A stretch of 64,000 nucleotides of DNA from Candidatus Limnocylindrales bacterium (GTDB taxonomy: Bacteria > Moduliflexota > Moduliflexia > Moduliflexales > JAUQPW01): assembly GCA_035559535.1 (NCBI GenBank), contig DATMBG010000058.1, positions 186,001 to 250,000 on the forward strand, written 5' to 3'. Numbering within the stretch: position 1 is the stretch's first letter; each line of letters begins with the position of its first letter. The position numbers and the translations under genes were made by a program. Of the stretch, positions 8,919 through 16,645 are shown one piece after another. The notes below the pieces were generated by a model. That model ran no database searches. It worked only from the letters and a program-made list of their open reading frames with translations, and was not told the origin of the DNA.

Positions 8919-10490
8919 TTAGGAGGAAGTTTGGATAAATGAAACCGCCACTCGGAAGCCGTTACCGGCATGCCGTACGTCTGGTTGGTAGCGGTCCCGG
9001 CATGCGGAACGGCAATACCAGGCGTAACTATTCCAGGAGCCTCCCCGTAATACCCGGTAGGCGTTATTTCCCTCTGATTCCCAAATCTGCTTATCTGACG
9101 GTGCGTTCTGATAGTTTTCATGCCAGGGGTCTGCACACCATTCCCAGACGTTACCATGCATATCATAGAGTCCGAAGGCGTTTGCTATCCCAAAACTTCC
9201 CACAGGGGTGGTCTCCTTACGGTATTCCCCGAGGGGTCCTTCTCCATAAGGCTCCTGACCGTTATAGTTGGCCAGATCCGTTGTAAGGGTATAACCCACA
9301 TGGAACGGCGTCATGGTTCCGGCCCTACAGGTGTATTCCCACTCGGCTTCGCTGGGTAAGCGATAGGCTCGCCCCGTTTTAAGGGATAATCGGGCACAAA
9401 ACTCCTGGCAATCATACCATGATACCTGTTCCACAGGTCGATCTGCACCCCGGAATCTGGACGGTTCAGGATCCAGGGACCGGTTAACGGGGGGTAGGGC
9501 GGCTATGGCTTGCCATTGTGCCTGGGTAACTGTAAACTTTCCTATAAAAAATGGCGTCACCCTCACCAGATGTTGGGGACCTTCTTCACCCAATCGCCCC
9601 GGCTCTTTATTCGGTGACCCCATCCAAAATGTTCCCTCCGGAATGGCAACCATTTCCAGGGTTATTCCATTCCCCAAATCCTCCAGGAAAAAGTACCCCT
9701 GACCCCTACGATAGCCTTTAGCCTTTCCCCTCGGGTCTACGGTCAGGGTATCAAACTCGAAGGGATAAAGTTGAGGAAAACCGGATTCAGAAGGAGGAGT
9801 AGATAAAAGTGTGGGAGTATGGGTGTGTGGGGATATGGGCGTGTGGGTGTGAAGGCGTAAGGAAGGTTTCTCTTCTCCTCCCCTACCCTTATACCTTCCT
9901 ACTCCCATACCGGTTTTTCCACGTTTTTTAGTCTCAACCGGAGGTTCTACCCAGGTTCGAGGATCTCGACGGCTTTCTTCAAAGGATCTGCCGGCTTCGA
10001 TACTTTTCAAAATATCCTGAAACTCGAAGTAAATCTCACCGGTGTCATAATTTAGTTTTAGTTCGATATTCTCCGGATCTTCGGCGGCTAACTCTCGGAG
10101 TAGTTTCAGGGCTTTTTGGGAGTTATAGCCCAGGGTGGTGACCAGATCGAAAGGTTTTATCCTTCCGCCATTTCGAAGGGCAATCCTTCGTACAGTATCT
10201 TGTAGGAGTTTTTTCATGAACTTAGCCTTCCGTAGGCAAACTCTCCTCAAGAGGCCAATCCCGATGAGCAAAGGTATCATAGCCAGTCCGATGTAGGCAA
10301 TAATCCCCGACACCTGTAGGCCCCAATGGGCCCAGATACTTAAAAAAATAAAGGTGTTTAAAGAGCCCAGGATAAGGGCGGCAGTACCCACAGTAAAATC
10401 AAAATTAATGCCAAATCTTTCCGATATTTTTTCTGGATTCTTCATTCTATCTAATCGATATTTAGTCCTGTTTACTCGTACTTCCCCCAC
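8919..10490 (-). CDS. Membrane-anchored protein: 2 TM, winged-helix-like segment, linker, C-terminal FGE-sulfatase (SUMF1/CLec-fold) domain
   Basis: FWMGS, VTQAQW, RLPSEAEWEY, LYDMHGNVWEW, RVLRGGSW..GFRV; two hydrophobic N-terminal helices. Alternative start ATG 10445. Confidence 0.88.
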   Translation of the reverse strand: MGEVRVNRTKYRLDRMKNPEKISERFGINFDFTVGTAALILGSLNTFIFLSIWAHWGLQVSGIIAYIGLAMIPLLIGIGLLRRVCLRKAKFMKKLLQDTVRRIALRNGGRIKPFDLVTTLGYNSQKALKLLRELAAEDPENIELKLNYDTGEIYFEFQDILKSIEAGRSFEESRRDPRTWVEPPVETKKRGKTGMGVGRYKGRGGEEKPSLRLHTHTPISPHTHTPTLLSTPPSESGFPQLYPFEFDTLTVDPRGKAKGYRRGQGYFFLEDLGNGITLEMVAIPEGTFWMGSPNKEPGRLGEEGPQHLVRVTPFFIGKFTVTQAQWQAIAALPPVNRSLDPEPSRFRGADRPVEQVSWYDCQEFCARLSLKTGRAYRLPSEAEWEYTCRAGTMTPFHVGYTLTTDLANYNGQEPYGEGPLGEYRKETTPVGSFGIANAFGLYDMHGNVWEWCADPWHENYQNAPSDKQIWESEGNNAYRVLRGGSWNSYAWYCRSACRDRYQPDVRHAGNGFRVAVSFIQTSS

Positions 10491-11193
10491 GTGTGCCCCG
10501 GATGGCCTCTATGAGAGCTCCCCCAATAGCTCCGACCACCGAGAGTTGAAACGCTCCACCCATAGCTCCCTGGATAGCTCCGATAATGGCCGAAAGGATG
10601 GACAGGAAAATTGCAAAAGGGAGGGTCCAGGTTATTCCATAGCGGGCTCCGGTCACTGCGCCACCGATGGCCCCGGTCATCGCCCCTCCTAGGAGGCCAA
10701 CAATAGCCCCAAAGATAGCCAGGTGGAAGGCTCCGAGGAAAATAGCTTTACCGGTTGTTCCCAGAATCATCACCGTATTCAATACCTGGTTAATTACCTG
10801 GGAGCTTCTGGCTACTTCCTCCCTTCCCCCCGGGGACGGGGGGAATTCCCCCGCGAGCGGGGGAAGAGGGGGTTGAGCAGGTTGAGGATTCATTCCCAAT
10901 GCCAGGGCCCACGATTCTACTGCCCAGTAAGCTGCATCCTTGGATAATGCAAGATTATCCTGGAGTCGCTTTGTGAGCCGGGTTAAAAGAATCTCAGCAG
11001 GTATATCCTCCTGCGATGTGAGGAGATCAGCTATAGCTCCTTCCCTGAGGGCACTGATCAGTACAAAAATCTCGCGTTTGTACTCTCCACAAGAGTCCCG
11101 GAGCAAAGCCTCGCAACGCGCCGGATCTTCACATATCGAGCGCCCGTACTGGATAAGGATTTCTCGTAATTTTTGACGAGGTAAGTTATCCAT
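10462..11193 (-). CDS. Hypothetical membrane protein: shared N-terminal domain plus glycine-zipper TM helices
   Basis: First 100 aa are paralogous to the N-terminus of 11202-13100; GxxxG-rich hydrophobic C-terminus. ATG 11193 aligns with the paralog's start. Confidence 0.85.
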   Translation of the reverse strand: MDNLPRQKLREILIQYGRSICEDPARCEALLRDSCGEYKREIFVLISALREGAIADLLTSQEDIPAEILLTRLTKRLQDNLALSKDAAYWAVESWALALGMNPQPAQPPLPPLAGEFPPSPGGREEVARSSQVINQVLNTVMILGTTGKAIFLGAFHLAIFGAIVGLLGGAMTGAIGGAVTGARYGITWTLPFAIFLSILSAIIGAIQGAMGGAFQLSVVGAIGGALIEAIRGTRGGSTSKQD

Positions 11194-11201
11194 GGGTTTA
11201 T

Positions 11202-13100
11202 TTAATTGATTTTGCACCGTCGGATAATCGGATGACTTCCCTGGACGATTTTTACTTCTAGGTGAGCATTATTAAATAACTCACACTCCTCCACGATTCC
11301 CTGTCCTTTGTTAAGGATCCAAAGTCCCCCTGACTTTCCATGATGAATCTTGCATTGTCGGATAACAGGGGCACTATTTTCCTGGATTCCTATTCCTACC
11401 CTGGCATTGCCGGAAATTTCACACAACTCCACCCTTCCCCGACTGTTCCCGGTAATCCAGATGCCTCCAGAGCCACCATCGTGGATTTTACATCGCCGGA
11501 TAACCGGATCACTTCTCAGACCGATTCCTATTCCCACCCCGGCATTACCGAAAATATCACAGGATTCGATCATGCCCCAACTGTTTTTAATAATCCAGAT
11601 ACCATCTGATTTTCCATGGTAAACCTGGCACCGTCGGATAAGGGGGGAACTTCCTTGCTGAACCAGGATAGCCACCCCGGCATTACCAAATATCTTACAA
11701 TCTTCGATGATTCCCTCTGCCTTTTCACCGATCAAGATACCCAAGAGCTTCCCGTTATAAATCTGGCATTTACGAATATCGGGATTACTTCCCCGCTTGA
11801 TTTCGATCCCGGTCCTTGTATTACCGAATATCTTACAATCTTCCAGCGTTCCAGATCCGTTTTCAATAAAAGAGATACCTGTAGATTTTCCGTCCCGGAT
11901 CTGACATCGTCGAATGAGAGGATGACTCCCACGGGCAATGATTATTCCTGTAGATCCATTACCGAAGATATCTGAATCCTCGATGATACCTGTACTCCTT
12001 TCATGGATATAAATCCCGACCTCTTCTCCGTGATGGATTTGGCATTGTCGGACGACGGGATTACCTCCTTGTGTGATGAGTATTCCTGCTTTGACGTTAT
12101 TGAAAATTCGGCAGGACTCTACAATTCCCCGTCCATTTTCGGAGATGGCAATACCCACATGCCTCCCATGTCGGATTTGACACCGTCGGAGGGTCGGATT
12201 ACTATCCTGCCGGATAGCCACTCCAACCTGGATATTACTGAAGATATCACAATCTTCCAGGGTCCCTTGACCCTTTTCGTAGATATGGACACCCCCTTGT
12301 TTACCATCATGGATTTGACATCGGCGTAAGATCGGATTGGCAGTAGGTCCATGGATGGCCACACAGAACAGCGAATCCGAAGTGATATCACAATCTTCTA
12401 ACACTAACTGGCCCTGCGGGATATCCACTGCAGCGTATTTCTTATCCGGTAAGGTAGTACGACCTCGCAAGGTTAGACCCCGTACCAGGGCATAATCCGT
12501 TTCCATGCGAATACAATTTCCATCTGTGTTTTCAACAATAATCTCTGTAACCGGCCCATCGCCGATAACTTGTAAGGATTTATCGATTATAAGGCTTTCT
12601 TTATACAGGCCCGGTCGCACAAGGATACGAGCTCCGGGTTGTGCCCTTTTAAGGGCTTCACCTAAGGTCTTACTGTGTCCGAGACCTTGGGGGGAAACAA
12701 TAAACGTCGGTACCGAAGGAATTTCAGCAGGCAAAAAAGAGGTGGAAGTTTTCTCTCTTTCTTTTACCTCTCGCTTTGTTCCCTCTTCTTTTTTAAGTAC
12801 CCCCAGTGCCAAGGCCCAGGATTCTACTCCCCACCTTGCAGCCTCTTCGGGAAGATTAAGGTGTTTTTGCAATCGTCTGGTAAGCTCTTCCATCCGTGCT
12901 TCCAGTAACAATCCGTCCTGTAAGGTGAGTAGATCGATCGGCACCCGGGCCTGGAGAGCGCGGATCAAGATAAAAATCTCCCGTTTATGTTGATTCCCAA
13001 GGTCTCGTAGCAGGGTAATCCAGGATCGGGGATTATGGCATACAGAAGGACCGTATTGGGCAATAATTTCACGGAGTTTTTGACGGGGTGCGTCGTTCAA
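11202..13100 (-). CDS. Right-handed parallel beta-helix (PbH1) repeat protein with shared N-terminal domain
   Basis: Eight 46-aa repeats PxIRRCxIxxGxxxGI..G.IExCxIFGN from aa 256; cap motif VRPGLYKE; no signal peptide; TTG start. Confidence 0.9.
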   Translation of the reverse strand: MNDAPRQKLREIIAQYGPSVCHNPRSWITLLRDLGNQHKREIFILIRALQARVPIDLLTLQDGLLLEARMEELTRRLQKHLNLPEEAARWGVESWALALGVLKKEEGTKREVKEREKTSTSFLPAEIPSVPTFIVSPQGLGHSKTLGEALKRAQPGARILVRPGLYKESLIIDKSLQVIGDGPVTEIIVENTDGNCIRMETDYALVRGLTLRGRTTLPDKKYAAVDIPQGQLVLEDCDITSDSLFCVAIHGPTANPILRRCQIHDGKQGGVHIYEKGQGTLEDCDIFSNIQVGVAIRQDSNPTLRRCQIRHGRHVGIAISENGRGIVESCRIFNNVKAGILITQGGNPVVRQCQIHHGEEVGIYIHERSTGIIEDSDIFGNGSTGIIIARGSHPLIRRCQIRDGKSTGISFIENGSGTLEDCKIFGNTRTGIEIKRGSNPDIRKCQIYNGKLLGILIGEKAEGIIEDCKIFGNAGVAILVQQGSSPLIRRCQVYHGKSDGIWIIKNSWGMIESCDIFGNAGVGIGIGLRSDPVIRRCKIHDGGSGGIWITGNSRGRVELCEISGNARVGIGIQENSAPVIRQCKIHHGKSGGLWILNKGQGIVEECELFNNAHLEVKIVQGSHPIIRRCKIN

Positions 13101-13189
13101 GCATGATGAAGGCCACCTCCGTCTCGCCTCCCAACCTCCCCTTCAACTTTTTTCCCTTTTAGAGATAAAAGGATTTGAGTAAATTACCT

Positions 13190-13530
13190 TTTCCCGTCGA
13201 CGGGGGCTTTTAGGAATAGGTTTTTTCTCACCCAACCCCCTCACTTCCCTAGGCGCCAGGTTAGGGTGCCCGCACCGGTCCCTCCCCCCCTGCCCGCGGG
13301 GGAATCCCCCCGTTCACGGGGGGAGAGGGGAGAGAGGGAACTTCGCTTCAAAGTTCCTTCCCCTGCCGGACGGAGGAAGGTCAGGAAGGGAGCCCTCATA
13401 GGGGTATCTTTTTATTCCCCTAATCCCCTGACCCCCTTCCCGATGCGGGAAGGGAAGTCGGAGGGTCAGGTTCAAACAACCTGACCCTGAAGGGTCAACG
13501 GGGAGGGGACCGAGGGGTAAAGGGAGTGAG
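13190..13530. repeat. Cluster of GC-rich palindromic REP-like repeats
   Basis: ccaggtta.ggt..gtccctccccc and ggaacttc.cttcaaagttccttcccctg are shared with 21830-21930. Confidence 0.75.
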
Positions 13531-13574
13531 GCGAGTCGATCGGCCCTGGTATTATTCTTTATTCTTGCTCCAAA

Positions 13575-13589
13575 TCAGCCACCGGCTGA
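13575..13589 (-). promoter_or_regulatory. SECIS-like hairpin after the second UGA
   Basis: UCAGCC-GGU-GGCUGA: perfect 6-bp stem with a G-first loop starting 19 nt after the UGA. Confidence 0.65.
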
Positions 13590-13592
13590 ACA

Positions 13593-13817
13593 TTACACAC
13601 TTCAACTCCCACCAAATCCAATGGTTACTTTTCCATTTTCCACAATAACAGGGACATCTCGCCGCCCCTTCGAGTACTCTAGCATGCGCTTCAAATCGTC
13701 TTTGCTTCTATAAACATTGATGTATTCAAATGGAATACCTCTCCTGGCATAATCCTGCCGGGCATCTGAAGTATAGGGTCACGTGTCTTTACCAAAGATT
13801 AAAACTTTTTCGGACAT
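13593..13817 (-). CDS. Glutaredoxin-like selenoprotein with two Sec (UXX-star-type), 74 aa
   Basis: MSEKVLIFGKDT-U-PYTSDARQDYARRGIPFEYINVYRSKDDLKRMLEYSKGRRDVPVIVENGKVTIGFGGS-U-SV*; in-frame TGA at 13779-13781 and 13602-13604, TAA at 13593-13595. Confidence 0.85.
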
Positions 13818-13887
13818 ACCCCAGGGAGTCCAAAGTCCAGAGTTTAGAGTCCTATTAACCCAGGACTTTAAACTTCGGGCCTTGAAC

Positions 13888-14985
13888 TTATTTTATTTCA
13901 AATCGTTGAACGGCTTCTTCATTGAGATCAATTCCAAGCCCGGGCTTCTGAGGTACTTCCAGGAAGCCCTGGACCGGTTGAAGGGGCTCGATTAAGAGAT
14001 CATCAAAATTTACAATATCTGACTCTCTTAAGAAATATTCTACGGTTAAACTATTTGAAGTAGCCGCAACCAGATGAACGTGGATATCCCAAAAATAATG
14101 AGGAGCTACAGGAATATCCCAGCCACCGGCCATATGGGCTACCTTCATCCATTCTGTGATTCCTCCGACAACCGTTACATCCGGCTGTAAGATGTCGGCG
14201 GCTTTTCTCTCGATGAGATCCCGGAACCCCCATCGGGTTCCTTCAATCTCTCCGGTTGCTATAGGAGTTTCCAGGGCAGCTTTAATCTCGGCACTTGCCT
14301 GGATATTATCCGGCATTACCGGTTCTTCAATCCATTGAATGTTATACGCTTCAAATAGACGACCGGCTTTAATGGCCGTTTTAGCATCGGGATAGGCATT
14401 GTTGGCATCTAACATTAGAGAGATATCCTCGCCAATGGCTTCACGAACACGCCGAACCCGCTCTACCTCTTCCTTTAAGGATAGTCGTCCCACCTTTATC
14501 TTTACGGCCTTAAATCCCTTCTCCACATAACCGGCTATTTCATCGGCCAGGTCCAGGGGTGTTTTTCCCTCCCGATAATATCCTCCACTGGCATAGGCCG
14601 GAACTTTATCCCGATATCCTCCCAACAACTTATAAATCGGTTTCTGAACCGCTTTCCCCATGATATCCCAAAGGGCGATATCGATACAGCTAATTCCCCG
14701 GATTATGGCCCCCCGACGTCCTGGAAGAAGGGTATTATAAAACATCTTATGCCAGATGCGTTCCACATCAAAAGGATCTTCACCGATGACCAGATCCTTT
14801 AAAATCGACAAAACCCCTTCTTTTACCAGGCGTCCACCGAAGGAATAACCTATGCCGGTAATTCCTTCATCGGTGATAACCCTGACGATGGTATACTCCC
14901 GCGCTGTAATAACCTTCGTAGAAAAGGCAGTAGGTTGTCTCAACGGGATTCTAACAACCTGGCATTGAATGTCTCTAATTTTAAT
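13888..14985 (-). CDS. Mandelate racemase/muconate lactonizing family enzyme (MR subgroup)
   Basis: DIALWD, KIKVG, DAN, EEP, GE, QPD and PH motifs. Probable ATT start at 14985 after AGGAGG; the track gives GTG 15054. Confidence 0.9.
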   Translation of the reverse strand: MKIRDIQCQVVRIPLRQPTAFSTKVITAREYTIVRVITDEGITGIGYSFGGRLVKEGVLSILKDLVIGEDPFDVERIWHKMFYNTLLPGRRGAIIRGISCIDIALWDIMGKAVQKPIYKLLGGYRDKVPAYASGGYYREGKTPLDLADEIAGYVEKGFKAVKIKVGRLSLKEEVERVRRVREAIGEDISLMLDANNAYPDAKTAIKAGRLFEAYNIQWIEEPVMPDNIQASAEIKAALETPIATGEIEGTRWGFRDLIERKAADILQPDVTVVGGITEWMKVAHMAGGWDIPVAPHYFWDIHVHLVAATSNSLTVEYFLRESDIVNFDDLLIEPLQPVQGFLEVPQKPGLGIDLNEEAVQRFEIK

Positions 14986-15080
14986 AGTTGTCCCTCCTAT
15001 GGAGTTTGTCCAAGTATAATTTCGTAGAGAATGATCTTTAAAAAAATACTCCACCTTTTCCTTGACGAGATGAGGAAGCG

Positions 15081-16607
15081 GTGGTAGCCGTAAAAGTAAA
15101 TATGCCGATCACTTTAGTAGAAATGAGGAATATTGTCAAGTATTTCCCTGGAGTTCTGGCTAATGATCATATTAATTTTACAGCCTGGAAAGGGGAAATT
15201 CATGGGTTGTTGGGCGAAAATGGTGCGGGCAAAACCACTTTGATGAATATCCTTTACGGCCTTTATCAACCTGATCAGGGAGAGATTTACTTTGAGGGAA
15301 AAAGGGTGGTTATCCAGGCCCCTCAGGATGCTATTCGGTTGGGGATTGGGATGGTTCATCAGCATTTTATGTTAATCCCACGTCTGACGGTCGCCGAGAA
15401 TATTGTTTTGGGACTCAAGTCTCCCCGAGAACCTTTTTTAGCCATCCGAGAAGCAGAAGATCGTATTCAGCAGCTTTCTGAAGAATACGGCCTCAAAGTA
15501 AATCCCCGGGCACGGATTTGGGAACTCTCAGTAGGGGAAGAACAGAGGGTTGAAATCCTGAAAGCTTTATATCGAAACACTAAACTCCTTATCTTAGATG
15601 AACCCACCGCGGTCTTGACTCCTCAGGAAGTAGATCGATTATTTGAGGCTTTGAGTTATATCCGGAAAAAGGGATGTACCATCATTTTCATCAGCCATAA
15701 GCTCAAAGAGGTTAAAGAAATTACAGACCGGGTCACGGTTCTTCGTAATGGAAAAGTTGTTGCAACTTTTGCAACGACAGAAGTTACCGAGGGCCAATTA
15801 GCTAAACTGATGGTGGGTCGCGATATTCTGCTGCAGGTATTTAACCCTCCGGTAGAAAAGGGAAAGCGTGTCCTTGAAGTTCAGGATCTTTCTGTATACA
15901 ATGATAAGGGCCTGGAGGCCGTAAAAAAAGTTTCTTTTTCTATTCATGAAGGGGAAATATTGGGTCTTGCCGGAGTTTCTGGAAATGGTCAGAACGAATT
16001 GGTTGAAGCCCTGGTCGGGTTACGAAAAGTCGAAAAAGGAAAGGTCTGGATCTATGAAAAGGATATAACCCATCTCTCACCCCGGAAAATCCTGGAACAA
16101 GGGGTAGGATATATTCCCGAAGATCGCTTAAAGGTGGGAATTGCAGTAAGTTTATCCGTGGCTGAGAATCTGATTCTCCGACAATACCGTCACCCGGAAT
16201 TTTCCAGGGGAGGCTTTTTCCGTTCCGAAAAAATTAACTCCTATGCTAAAAGTTTGGTCGATCGGTTTAATATTAAAACACCTTCTCTGGATACTCCTGC
16301 CGGTAAGCTTTCCGGTGGAAATTTACAAAAACTCATTCTGGCCCGAGAGATTTCTCAAGAACCTCGCCTCCTCATTGCCGTTCAACCTACCCGCGGATTA
16401 GACGTGGGAGCTACCGAATATATCCAGACCCGACTTTTGGAACAAAAACAAAGGGGAACGGCCATTTTGCTGGTTTCAGAAGATTTAGAAGAAATATTTG
16501 CCTTAAGTGATCGGATCGCAGTGATATACGAAGGCCAGATTGCCGGTATTGTTCCAACCCGGGAAGCAGACCGGGAGCAAATTGGGTTGATGATGGCCGG
16601 AGGATAG
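15081..16607 (+). CDS. Nucleoside-type (CUT2/BMP) ABC transporter ATPase with two NBDs
   Basis: GENGAGKT, GMVHQHF, DEPTAVL, LSGGNLQK, QPTRGLD. Confidence 0.93.
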   Translation: MVAVKVNMPITLVEMRNIVKYFPGVLANDHINFTAWKGEIHGLLGENGAGKTTLMNILYGLYQPDQGEIYFEGKRVVIQAPQDAIRLGIGMVHQHFMLIPRLTVAENIVLGLKSPREPFLAIREAEDRIQQLSEEYGLKVNPRARIWELSVGEEQRVEILKALYRNTKLLILDEPTAVLTPQEVDRLFEALSYIRKKGCTIIFISHKLKEVKEITDRVTVLRNGKVVATFATTEVTEGQLAKLMVGRDILLQVFNPPVEKGKRVLEVQDLSVYNDKGLEAVKKVSFSIHEGEILGLAGVSGNGQNELVEALVGLRKVEKGKVWIYEKDITHLSPRKILEQGVGYIPEDRLKVGIAVSLSVAENLILRQYRHPEFSRGGFFRSEKINSYAKSLVDRFNIKTPSLDTPAGKLSGGNLQKLILAREISQEPRLLIAVQPTRGLDVGATEYIQTRLLEQKQRGTAILLVSEDLEEIFALSDRIAVIYEGQIAGIVPTREADREQIGLMMAGG

Positions 16608-16645
16608 CCGGTTATCTGTTGTTCTTTGTTCGCTATTGATACCCG

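Noticed and set aside
11205-12335. CRISPR array or DNA tandem repeat with a 138-bp period
   Set aside because: These are degenerate protein-coding beta-helix repeats with no identical repeats or unique spacers.
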